From positions 225,662 to 289,661 of the forward strand of contig NMRA01000059.1 of assembly GCA_002633005.1 (NCBI GenBank): a stretch of DNA of 64,000 nucleotides, written 5' to 3'. The position numbers and the translations under genes are program-made. Under the pieces are notes generated by a model that saw only the letters and a list, made by a program, of their open reading frames with translations, was not told the origin of the DNA and ran no database searches. This DNA comes from Phoronis australis (Eukaryota > Animalia > Phoronida). Positions 37,864 through 51,100 of the stretch are shown in pieces. Position 1 is the stretch's first letter. Each line of letters starts with the position of its first letter.

Positions 37864-38814
37864 CTTGAAAATGCAAGATGGCGGATGTCCCTACACTTAT
37901 ATTCCCGCGAATTTCTTCCATGTTTCAACAATGTTAGATAAAAGAAATGCGCGCAAGAGGATGTCACAAAACAACAAAATGATTGAATGATCGGATGAGT
38001 GAAAATATATTAATTTCTTATACATGAAAGGACAGTAATTTCAGCAATTTAATCGTTCGACAAGGTGCTCGTAGTTTCTCTTCGCGAAGGGATTACCCGC
38101 CAAATTTGTAAGACGCACATGAAACACCCAAAAGATGCCTATTAGGCTCATGAAAACGAGAATTAAGTTTTCATAATTTAAGAATACAGTTGAATTTAGC
38201 TTCTTGTAACTGTTGTGCAAAATAGCTTTTATGCTTTCACGAAATATTGTATTCAAATGAAAACATCATCGACTAGAAATTCGCCCATCAAGAGGAAATT
38301 ATTTACTGTAAAATAAAAGAAGAGTTTGTTACGGCAAGTGAAAAAATGTAATAAACTGCATCTATGAAATATCAAATTTAAAGTTAACCACTTGGCGTTA
38401 TGTTTCCTTTGTACGTTTAATTGGATGTTGCATTTGAAATCTTAGTTGTTCGATTGTTGAGCGGATGGACATAATATTTAGATGGAAGTAAATCGTCATT
38501 CAAGTTCAGAGCCCCGTTGGATTGCGTGCAAATGTGGGCAAGTTACTCCGCGTAGAGATATCGATTACTGTTGTGTTTACAAATGAAAAAGCCGGTAAAG
38601 AAAGTGGAAAACGGTGGTTATTTTCTTTGCTAAAGATTCTTTTCTGGCGTCTGCTAAAACATCGCAAACTCCAGTCAAAATGCAAACAACATCTGTGACT
38701 ATTTTTGGGCATATTTCAGCCCTTGATAAATAAAGTAGAGTTGGTCAGTCGTGAAACCCAGACGTTCAAGTCAGTCGTGTTTATTTTGGGTGACAAATGA
38801 CAGCATAACGAAAG
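37864..38814. promoter_or_regulatory. Putative bidirectional promoter between trx and DIXDC1 exon 1a
   Basis: Divergent ATGs about 950 bp apart; CpG retained; inverted YY1-like CAAGATGGCG pair at 37858-37883. Confidence 0.6.
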
Positions 38815-39117
38815 ATGAATACAGCTCCGTACGCGAACGGCAGCCCTTCTCGGTTAAGATATCTAAGCAACACGCCAACAGAGAGGCTTTTTCAGAGTAT
38901 GCCGTTTTTGGCTCACAGTCAAAGATCGCCTGTTAACCTGCCAAATTGGAGTAATAGAGATGTTTCGCCTGCTGGGAGTTCTCCCAACATGGATAGGAGA
39001 TTGTCACCGAGAATTGTGAGCCCCAGGGACGGCGCTGTGGCTCGCGGGCTGCAGGACTTAGAGCTGGAAGAATCACGTGCAATTGAACAGCGTTCTCGAG
39101 AAGAAAATCGACGACAG
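38815..39117 (+). CDS. DIXDC1: DIXDC1 distal first coding exon (1a), SP-rich, 101 aa
   Basis: ORF from ATG 38815; CAG|gtaccc donor, phase 0, compatible with exon 2; no recognisable homology. Confidence 0.6.
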
Positions 39118-42100
39118 GTACCCTATGTGTCTGAACATATATGACTTACAGTTTTCTGTTAACGGACTGATCGAGGATTAAACTTGTACGTGTAATCCTG
39201 ATTTGTAGTCCAGTCAATTTATGATTTGTGCGCCGCCTTTTCTATGTGATTTTTGAATTGAAGATATCTCTTGTCTTTCCTCCAGTCAGTTTACTGCTTT
39301 GATATTCCACTACAAAACTTGAAAAAAATAACTCTTTGAAAGTATTCGCATCGTCGCTTCAGTAAATAGTTTGTCGTTTTTTATTTTACTGAGATGTTAT
39401 ACAAATGAAAGAAAAGCGTATATATTATTAACGCCTAAATGGACAGCTTATGCGTAGTATAGTACACTTGGATCTTAAGGTAAGCATCTCGTAAAGACAT
39501 CGATCGAAGCGCACTAAGATGCTCTCTAATGCAATATTGAACAGCCCGACAGTGTTGACACTTGTAAGAAATTTCTCATTGAACCAACGGTATTATTTTC
39601 AAACCCTTTCTTCGAACAGACTTGCATTTTAACGGGCGGTCGATATGAGTCTCAATGAAGTTTTGATGTCGCTGAATGAAATAAGCGCAATTTAAGAACA
39701 ACAGTATCATTTATCGGATGGTATTTAACACGCAGTGGCTAAGTCAAATAAGGCCATGTCACAGTCGGGGCTGGCAATAAATGCCCTTTAGAAGATGTAT
39801 TAAACTCTAAATGTTCTCCACCCTGAACGACGTGTTCAGCATTAAACTCATTAATTTAAACGATCAGTACAAATCAAATTCTAGGGTTTGTTACTCCAAG
39901 TCCCCCGTGCAGAAATGATCGAAATCCAGTGGAGTCCTTTCTCAAGCTGTGTCTCGGACTTTAGTCGCACTATCGTAGAATTAGTCTAAGCGATAAGCAC
40001 CGGCAAAAGCAAACACAGGTCGGGAGTGACTTTTAATTCTGACACCTTAGAGTTTCCACTAAATACATGCTACCCTCTCGTGGCTTTATTTGATTAACGA
40101 CTCTTGTCAAATTCCAAACCCTGACAAGTGTGGACCATTGTACTTAAATTGGGACAATACTGTGCACAAGTCGCTTAATTTTCATTCCTCTCATCGTATT
40201 AGGAAACATTGATTTTATTTTTCCTGCCTTTACCTGGATCGTCGATTGATCCTTGGGATTTGTGTTATCGTAATCTAAGTGGACCGGTTATTAATTGGCA
40301 GTTTTAAATAGAAATTTCTTTCTTGTGTCATCAACTGTTAATCGATAACGTTACCTAGAATATAATGACTCTATAGCGATTTTAAAATCCTAGATCACGG
40401 CACACAAGGTATTTGTTAAACAGCGAAATGATTTTACGTTGTATAAATAGCGTTGTTTGCTGTGTAGAGAGGTCGCCACCTTTAAAACATACAGACAAGT
40501 GCAAACATTGATCTATTTAGCATCTTGCAATGAAAAGTATTTTGTATAATTCCGAAACTCAATTGACCACAAACGGTCTACGAGATAAGCTTTTAGAAAT
40601 AAAAATGCACTGCCTTCTGTTTGTACCCCATGCAAAACCATAATTGAACTAGGTCACTTACCCCTGTAAAATCGGTCTCGAAATATTTTTAACTATGACA
40701 GAAATTCTATTCCGTTTCCAGGAGGAATATCCAGGTTATTCACGAATCAAATAACGCTGAAAATCTGCGTAGCGCTTGCGCGATATGCCGAAATGTGACC
40801 AATTTAATTCATTAGAAAGTTAGCTCTCAATTCCAACTGAAAATTGAATCTGATCTATGATGACAAGTAAAGTTTTAAACTCAGCCATTTCCTACTCTGG
40901 TATATTTCTTAATTTCCATTTTAACCGGTAAATGGAATGAAAACACAGCTTTAATTAATTATTTGCTTAAAAGATTTTTTCAGTTTCTGCAGTCTCTGGT
41001 GTGAGGTGTATCAGCACATTAAACGACTTGTAACTTCTGGAAGTTGGACCAATTCTTACCACTGCACCTCAATATCACCTCAATATCACCTCAATATCAC
41101 TCAATACCACCTCAATATCACCTCAATATCACTCAATATCACCTCAATATCAGCTCAATACCACCTCAATGTCAGCTAGCGCGTGGCATTTTCAAGGATA
41201 ATAAACTGGCAGGTTTCGGAATATTTCAAGTTCGCTATTTGACCGAGTTCATCTAATTGTTCAAAACTGAATTTAAAAAACATCATGGATCACTTGGGAC
41301 AACGACTGGTTTTGTTTCAGTTTATCTCAGTGGCGGATTTAGAGGAGGGCCAAGGAGGCCATGGCCCCCTAAACTCTCCCAGATCCCATTTGGCAGTTGG
41401 GGGGTGCGAATGTCTGACGGGCAAAATCCTGACTAATACTTTGCCCTGCCCCCCCCCCAACTAAAAATCCTGGATCCGCCCCTGTATCTTATCCATAGGT
41501 GTCGTTTTTCTGTTTTATTCCTTGGGACAATATTTTTTTTGTGAGCGAGAGCTTTAAAAAATCTATACTAACGACGAATTCTGTTTTAATCACTCCCTGA
41601 CTTTAGATATTGTGACGTTTCTTCAATCAGTCTGTGTTTTGAACTCCTTTTTTCATCACACAATCGTTTTCACGGGAAAACGATCGGCATTACCTGTACA
41701 GAAAACATAATCAGGCGCACGGTATATGTTGACGTCGTTGTCTGAACTTTGGAGATAGGTTCATGTTATTCCCATGGTCTATATATGGTTTCAAACCACG
41801 GGTTTGTGTATTGCGATTAAAATTCAGTAAAGGTTGAAAATGCAAGCAGTCACGCGAGGTCGCACTCAGCAGTGATACGGCAGGCTATTGTTTGACATTC
41901 TCAAGTTACCTGACAGTACAGAGTCCTTTCAAACGTTCTGCATGTTTATTCGGTGATCAATTAAAGCACGGACAAGCATTAGCAAACATCTTCTATTCTA
42001 TGGTCACTCACAATGGACGCGATTTTCTATTTATTTTTGTAAGCCTCGCATTTATCTCGCTTAGTTAGTTTTGAATTGCCGGAATTTTGCAAATAGTGAA

Positions 42101-45100
42101 TACCGTTCAGGGGTAATTCCCATTGTAGTTTTGAAAGTGTCTTGCACTACAAGTTACATGCAAGCATCGCGGCATGGATCAGGTACTTGAGAATCAAGGA
42201 AATCTTTCAGCTCTTTTAGTGTTTTTGAATAGTGAAAGGAAAGATAATGTTGGCGTTCTTTTATTCAACTAAAACGCGAATGATTCAACGCTACGTGTAA
42301 ATATAATCTCAAGTGCAGTACTTGCGTAAATTGGTATTTTTATTAGAAATTGTTTCAGTCACTTAATAATCCGGCAAACACAAAAACCTGTTTTTTCAAT
42401 AAACAGTTTCTAGGTTTAATTCAAGATGTTCGTGCAAAGAGTTTGTGTTTAAAGTTACAAAACGATAATTCGAGGATTTCTCTGCCGGAAAGCTTCAATC
42501 AGAAGTATACGCAGATTCAAATTTTAAACTAGGGTCCTCCAAGCCCTGATCCTCCAATGAATCGCAACAGATCTATAGTACAAGTTACCCCAGAATACGT
42601 TATGCACGCACTGGAAGACGCGTGCGGGCCAACTATGATGTGTGCCAACATTACTACAAAACACACTGTACTTTTATTTTACCAGTCCAGAACCAAGACC
42701 AAAGCCTCGTTTACGTGGTCAAGATTTACCTTGGATGCAAATGTCCACCTGGGTGCAATCGTATTTTTTTATGGATTTCCATGACTTGTAACAAAACGAA
42801 AAATTGTATACTCAAGGCCATTTTAAGGTTATATGGGACCTTATCGACATGCCTGTGCATTTAGTAAAATATCTAAAAAACTGTAGATTTTAAGTCAGTA
42901 AAAGTATATATTTTCTGAAAGTAGAAACATTGAAGAATTTGACTTTCGACCAATCTGTTATTGATTGGGTCACGTGACCATGCCTTTTCAGTAAAATTTA
43001 ACAAAAACAAAGGAACAACGGTATCAATCACACGACCAAAACTTATTTCATCGAAATGTTCGAGGTGAGATACCAAAAACTCTGTTTCGTTTTCGTTTCA
43101 TGCAACATCAAAAATTTTCCATATAAATCATAACAGCACTATGTTTGATAGACCCTCACGCAAAAGTGCAAAATTTTAATTCTTTACAGCGTGCTTGAGA
43201 AAAGGGCATAAAGCATTGTATCGGAAAGCTCAATGTGAATCCGATAAGCCGTTTCTGAGGAAAGACGTTTCGAAGACCACCAAATTTGGTCATTTTGCTA
43301 TTGTAAAAGGTGAACAGGGTTGGCATGCGTGGTGAAAGGCATTTCTGTTAAGAATGTCAAATGTCAGTTGATGCTGGTTCATTTCTACATAGAACGGACT
43401 TTGTTCCTACTATACGGGGTGATTACTCGAATGAAAATAAACTGGTCCATCATTTTGCAAGCCGAGTGTGATCACTACAACAATACAATGTAGCAGTACA
43501 TTAGACTGTGCAAGCCACGTTGCTGGACCCACTCCACGTTAGAACTAAGAAAAATTCACGAGAGTCTTTCCGTTGGTCATCATGTTATTCGTAAAACAAG
43601 TTTCAAGTCTGTTGGTTGTGTTTGGTAACTCCAATTTCTAGTCTAGACGAACAAAATCTTATACACACAGACAGATACAAACTTGTATTTTTGTTATTAA
43701 TGACGGGTAATCGTCATCACCCGCTGGATGCAACCTAAGTCCTAAACGACAGCCCTTCAAAATATGACTTGGCGTCGCTATAATGACAACAGTGTTATGG
43801 TTATATTGAAGAAGTCTCCGCACGATCTGTGCAAGGTAAGAAAGAGACAGATTCTTGCGTGGAAAAAGCTTTAAGAATGTTATTTTAAAATGGCACTTTG
43901 GCAAGAAAAGTGGTTTACTGAGGTCAGTTCCAACAACGAAACCAGAACTCACAATCTCATTGGATGCTCTACTGGCGAAGCTACTGGCGAAGCTAAACCT
44001 CACTCTATCAAAAAAAATATATTAAGCGTAACGTGGTAAAGTCATGGATCTCTTTGTTTTCTCCAAATGGCTGCCAGACACCGGCGAGAACTGGCGATTT
44101 GTAATAAAATCACAAAACAACGATTTTGTTGTTTTATAGGTCTGGTTAAGGGTAATACCTTCAAGAAGTGTATTCCATCCAAATAAGTGATTTATAGCTT
44201 CTGATGCACCATAGCTACTTGGTGACCATCTTTACTCCGCCCCCTCCATCCCTCCCTACCTCTCTCCCTCCCTCTGAATCAATTTGTACATGTGCACATG
44301 ACTAAACTGAAAGAATGAATATAGAGTTGAGAAAAGGGATTTTTGAAACATTTTATGATTGAAGGCACGCTCCGCTGAGGTATCCGTGTTCTGAATGAAA
44401 GCTGTTATATAAAGTGTTTTTGCCATGAAATGAGTCATTGAAACGTTTGTAAATAGTAGTGAAATAGCATAGGCTCGCTGAAAATTGCAATTTGCTGATG
44501 AGTTTAGAAACAACATTTCTATGTTATCTCTCGCATATTATTCATGAGCTCGCTTTAAAAGGCCAAAAATTGGAAATTCAAATTACTGAGGTTAAAGGAA
44601 TTGGAAACTTTAATTTATGATTATTTTATATTATTGGAGGAGAAAAGTGAGTTGTATATATCTTTTATTATTTTCTTACAAAAGTCTTTCATCAGTGCAC
44701 GTCCCTAAATGAGCGTCCCAGGTGGTGAACGAAGTTTACTTCATGTCAAAATACTGTGCTGGTCCGCTCAGCCTTAGGTGTATACTTACTTCTAAATTTA
44801 AACACTGTGCCCAGCAGGAACCAAATTTACAGGTGTTACAATTCAAGATAGGTTATAAAGCTTGGCTAATTAGATGTCGGGACGTTTATTGATTTCAGAC
44901 GTGCTCCAGACCAGGCCTCTGTTAGAGAGGTGTCTGTTGAAAACCTACAAGGCTAGGTCTTTAGTCTACGATGACAAACAGAAAAAAATCGCTTTTGTCA
45001 ATTATCCACTCCAAGATTGTTTCACGTGATTACAGGATAGGCTAAGGCAGACCTAGCTAGTCGGAGACCCAGCCTCTGTGGGTGAGACCTGCCGTGCGTT

Positions 45101-48100
45101 TTCAGGCGTGATACTCCTCGGGAAAACCCAAAATTACTCAATAATTTTCGAAACATCGCCATGTCTTTTGGCGAAACACATTTCACAATAGCCCCGTTCT
45201 TCCGGGAACTTCTTTCGTCTACGGAGTTGGCCCTAGCTTCCATTGGAAACCCCGTTGAATTTCAGCGTAGGCCTACCCCAGTACGTAAACTTCGGGGTTG
45301 CCTCAGTGGCCAGAAACCTAACTGGCCTCTAATTTGCTGTACACGCGCATCCAATTTAGGCCTTTGCAGGTGTATGTGAACAGATATTCGAAAAGGTGTT
45401 TCACATACAGGCGCGTGCGCCTAGTAGTGCTTCTCGTTGCAGCTAGGCTCAATAGCTCAGTTCTCTGTCTTGGTTGGTGTTGATGACGCACCAGTTAATA
45501 TCTATCGCGTCGAAAAAATGACGATTCACTCACATTTCACTTTTGTTTTGGACAGTTATTCAAGTCTAGGCGCAGCAAAAGTGGCCAGTCTTATCCAGAA
45601 CAAGACGCACTATATGCTAGCCTATGTTTATTGTTCGAAGATTCCTTGCTTTTTTAATTATTCTACATTTTTGTTTTTTTGTGTTCCGGATGACGACAGC
45701 TTCGATTGCTATAGTATTGGCTTCACCACTAATATGCAGAAGTCGAACAATGTGATAAAAATTTTCAGTTTCATTATGAAAATTCCGCCCTCACTGGTCT
45801 AGTCTAGTCTACTAGAGTTACATTATTACTGAATGGTAGTCCTAACCTTGACTTCGTTCTCAACGAATTCCTCCTAAGCAACGTTAGCAAATTTTTATGT
45901 ACCGTTTATCAATATTGTTCCATCTGATTTCCCTACATGAATCTGTACATATTTTTGTTTTTATATATCTGTAATAGCATGTCTAAGTATTGGAATACTT
46001 ATTTTAGATACTACTTAATTGTATATACCTCTATGTATATAAGTTTCATTTATGAATTGCTTACAACCCAGATATAATGCTTCGCGGTTTCTGGGTTTTT
46101 TATTATTAGTCTTTGTACTGGTCTAGTTGGCTGACCGAGGGTCAGACTCGATTACCTTGGTGTTCACAACAATCGCACTATTAAAACGTAATCGTGTCGG
46201 AACGTGCTCTGAAAAACGTGACGCAAGAGAATGGCGATTATACTGACAATTTCAGCTCAACTTCAATGAGCTATGGTCAGTTGTTGGGTTAGCGAAAACA
46301 GAATTTTGTGGTTCAGGAAAAAAGTTGGTCAGAGTAGCAAGAGGCGAAAAATAAGACAGGGCTCCACCCATTGTGGATTGGGAAAAGACTACCCTTTGAA
46401 GGGAAATGCGGAAAATCCCGGCCTTTCGCAAAATTTTGTTCCGGAAACCGCATCGCCGGGGCACCGTCTTTCCGTCGCAGGTCAATATTATATTATTGAA
46501 GTACACTTATGATTAAGCCGAAAAAAGTTAAGGTCAGCGCCTCTTGGATGTACTCAGAACCGGACAGCATACTTGTAGTCCAAAATCTGTGCATGTTTTG
46601 CAACCTTTAAAAAAAAAACGGTTCATCAGACTTGTTGATCTGTGTACATGCACGAACCTAGCTTAAAAATGAGGGGCTCGAATTTTTCAGAACGCGGACC
46701 TAAGTTTTACGGCACCGGACGACGACCGGCCGCCTTAGCGCCGCGTTCAAGCTAATGTGCATTCGCCGAATTTTGGTAGTTCCTGCCATTTCAGTGTAAT
46801 TTTGTCTCGTTTTCTATTTTTTCGGAGTTTTTGTTTCTCTGAGGCGTACCTTTTTGCCCACTTCGCCAAATGGGGGGCGCGCATCGAGTGTTGAGTGTAG
46901 TGTGAAAACCGCGGAGGCTACAACATTAGTAAGTTCGGAAGACTATTTATTAGTCTTCTTGTAAGCCATGTGAAATTTGTTGTTTCGAGCTGTCCTAGAA
47001 AAGGCACTCTTTTATTAATTGAATGGGAAAGGCATTCTTCGGAGGAAAAGTCATGGTGCCGGAAAAGTCACCCCTCTGTGAGCGGCTCGACTCAGTCGTA
47101 CTGTTATCTCTCCTTGAATGGATTACCAGTCAAGAAATCGAATAGGCTATTCTTACAGTACACTTCCGGATCTGGATAGAATAGCCTCAATCAAAACATT
47201 CCTTGAAAAGCTTCACTTCAGAGGCTAAATAATTGACTGACCTTTATAGAATCTCTAAACACGTTATACGTTTCAATTACTCTTAACACTAGTGCACAAT
47301 ACCAGTTCTACTTGATTATGGCTTTCTGTTTTGTTAGCTATCGTAAGAGACTAGTTTTATTGCGGCCATATCTAAACAGTTTGCATTCAAGACTTCGGCC
47401 CGTCTTTGGAAACCAGTACGTCGTGTATTGTGCGGTCGATTATTTAAAACTTAAGTGCGAAGCATCGCGGGAATGTTAGCAATCAATGGCGGATCTTTGA
47501 CTTTTCATGTTTATTGAAAATGGCTGAACAAGTGTTGAAATGAACGCTCACCCGTCATCGCGCGATCGGATTTGGAGTGTGAGCGTCGCTGAACTCTGCA
47601 GTGTATATATAAGTGAAGCCGACTGGTAGTAATTATTGAGGGGCATCACTGGCCATAATCGACGCGTTTAATTTTGATTTTTTAAGGAGCCCACATTAGC
47701 AACAATTATGTGTGGTTTTGAGCAGACCAACTCTCATTTTGACCTCGGATCAATAGTTTATTAACATACTGCATGATAAATAGTGCCTGAATCATCTGTG
47801 TTGGCTGTCGTTGGCACAATGACGTCAAAGTTCGTTTCTAGTCACAAAGCTGGTACAGAAGTTACAGGGTCACAGTCATGGAACGAGTGGACGGTGCGTG
47901 CAGTCTTAAACGATTAGTAAATATTAATCAGAAGTTTTCAAATGTAACTGGCAACTTGGAGTCAATTGCACAAGATTTTTTTTTAAATGTGCTTTGTTGA
48001 CTGCCATTTTAATTCAGCAGGGTGTTTGAATTTGGGCATGTTGTCATAGTCTCATTAGTAAGGTTTCACAGGAGAGACCCTGGATGATCATCTTGAGTAA

Positions 48101-51100
48101 CAGATTTTGGTTGTTTTTTTTTGTATTTTTTCAGTTGAAGTTGACTTCTTGCAGTAGGCCTATAAAAATTTTTGTTTCACTGTGAACCTGAATATCCATT
48201 CAATTTTATATGAAAAGAATAAACTTAGGTATCCTAAGCATTTTAAAAGTATGACTGTGTACATGGCTAACTGTATTGTAAGTGATGGTGCATACGCCAA
48301 GTGATTTTCTACAAATTACGCTTAACACTCGTTAAATTATAAAAATTACGTTACAATATGTATCTTTTGAGTAAAGATGGACACCTTTGGAGGCAGTTGG
48401 AGTCTTTAAATTCTTCCAACTCGAACAAATATTCAACATTTTTTTAATAATCCTTATTCTGTCAGTGAATTTGAAGTGCAAGGGGTTATGGGTAGGTCAC
48501 CCGTCTGCCAGCTACGTCAAGACACAGCAGCACAGACAGGAAACCTGTCTTAGAACTAATTTTAACATACCATGGACAATTTGATATGAATTGTACATGC
48601 TTAAGGCTTACTCTCTATAAGCAATAACATCTCATGGATAAATGTTATTAAAACTATTGAGGTGAAGAGGTGAGCAGTTAGTTGAAATGTGTTAGTGATC
48701 TCTGAGGGTGATGATAAGGTTGCTAAGCTTGCAAGGCTAAACTGATGTTTTAGAGGGCTGACACCCAATCACTCACTTTGTACATGTGTCCTCTGCTTTG
48801 ATGTTCTGCTGTTGTAGACTAATCTGCTCAGATGAAATGTGTATTACTCCAATGACATTACTTCACTGACATTACTTCACTGCATTAGTCCACTGAGATT
48901 ATCCTGAATTATACTAAAGCAAAATTAGGAAGTGACAGTTGGTACAAAAAATTTTGAATGCTCAATCAATTTTTCAAAAGTGACTAGGTTAGTGTTATCA
49001 GAAACATCAGAATTGATTGAAAACACATTAAAATGCAGAGTAAATTAATGTTTGTGTCCCTTCAGTGTTCAGTTTCAACACATGACATAATTCACAGTAT
49101 TTGGTTGGTGAGTTGTTGGTAGTTATAGTTAGCACTATTCAGTGTTGGCTTTGTACTTCCAAACACTGTTGTCCAGTGGACCTTGATACTCATATCAATT
49201 TACTGAGGCTTGAGAAAACAGTCATAAATCACTGATGCTACTACAGGAGTGCTAGCATTGTTGCATGGTATTGTGTATCATTGTTGAATGGTATTGTATA
49301 TCATTTTTGATCATGAAAATTTTTGTCAAAGCTCCAGTCTGATTTGTTGTCAGTCATATACATGTACTACGAGCAAAACCCTCATAATGTGCCTGCACCC
49401 TACTTTTATTTAACATGACCCTCATATTGTACCTGTGCCCCTCTTTTATTTAACACAGCAGTCATAAGGTGCCTGCACCCCACTTTTGCTTGACACAGCT
49501 CTCATAAAGTCTGTATGTGTCTTTCTAGCTTAGTTGCATCAAATGAGGCAAGCCTGTAGCCTCCAGCAAACGATGCACTATGTTCTTCAATCATGTAAAA
49601 ATGGACACAAAGATAGACAGAATTTATAACATTGCACTGCTTTTCAATTTCCTGTCAGTATGACATGACCTTGTTATTCACTTTATTATTCCAGTCTCAG
49701 CTTCATGCCTATATTGCCTGGGTGAACTCACAGCTGCGAAAGAGACCAGGATGTCGTCAAGTGGAAGAATTGAGGCACGACATGCAGGATGGAGTAGCAC
49801 TCGTACAGCTTATAGAGATCATAGGTCAGTGGTGCCCCCTGTTGGTGGTTATTGCTTGTTCGCTTATATTACATCAGTTTAGTTACCCATCTCAGTTGGG
49901 TGTTCTAGTTTCTGAATTCAACTCTTTTATTGCAGATGTAAAAGTGCTTTGTATGATTGACTATACTTTTTGAAAGGTACGGCCTCTAACACATTTCTGA
50001 TTTGAGACGGACAAGTTGTAGAGAGCAATTATCGTACACCACTCAGTTTTTCAGAAATGCTGGTCAGGTGGGAAGAGGACCATTAATTGTTCTCAGTTGA
50101 TGGTTCGTTAGAGCAGACACGCCCTCTACAAGAGCAATCTTAATACACAGTCAGTGTTGTTAGTTTATGGTTGGTTAGAGGAGGCATGGCTTACATGGGC
50201 AACATAATTGCACAGTCAGTGTTATTAGTTTATTGTTGGTTAGTTTTGACATGTAAACCTTGATGACACTCAGTAATGAGTGTTGAAGTGAATTATTCAT
50301 AGATTTTGTTTCTGAAATGTGGCAAAGATCCTTGTGAGTCGGGTGTAGTGCAGTATTATCTGATGTGAGTAAATATGCCCGAGAGCAAATGTTCGGCCCG
50401 TCATAGCTATTGTGGGAGTCTTTAATTTGATGAGGGATTGCTGGCTTTTAGATTTGCAGATGTTATGCAGATTTTTAAGGAGGTTCCGGCTCATTCACAG
50501 TCACGTGTTCTGAAGTTAAACCATGCATTTTTACGTCATTCTCAGTCTTGAAATTCCATTCCAGCCCAAGAGAAGTTCCTGGGTGTGCACTTGAATCCCC
50601 AGAACACGTTGGAGATGAGAGAAAATGTTGAGAAAGTGTTACAGTTCATGGTGTCACACCGCATACGCATGCATCAGATCAATGCTAAAGGTATACTCAA
50701 ATCATACGCATGCATCAGATCAATGCTAAAGGTATACTCAAATCATACGCATGCATCAGATCAATGCTAAAGGTATACTCAAATCATACGCATGCATCAG
50801 ATCAATGCTAAAGGTATACTCAAATCAACTTGCAAACGTAAGGTACTTTTGTAAAAAAACAGCATTCCTATTTGTTTTTGTTACATTACGCAAAAGCTAA
50901 GCCTTCGTATCAAAAATCCTAACGGCGTTTTTGAGTTGTTTACGTCACATAGAGCAAATTTTCTGTTTTAACTTGATCGTCAGTGATGTAGTGACCTTGT
51001 GCTGCTATTCCTTTGTAATATATTCAAATAATGTTTATCTATTTAGTATACTAATATATTCAGATAATGTTCATCTATTTAGTATACTAATATATTCAAA

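Noticed and set aside
42821-43350. TTAAGG-starting segment as a second Kolobok-like MITE
   Set aside because: No matching inverted terminus found.
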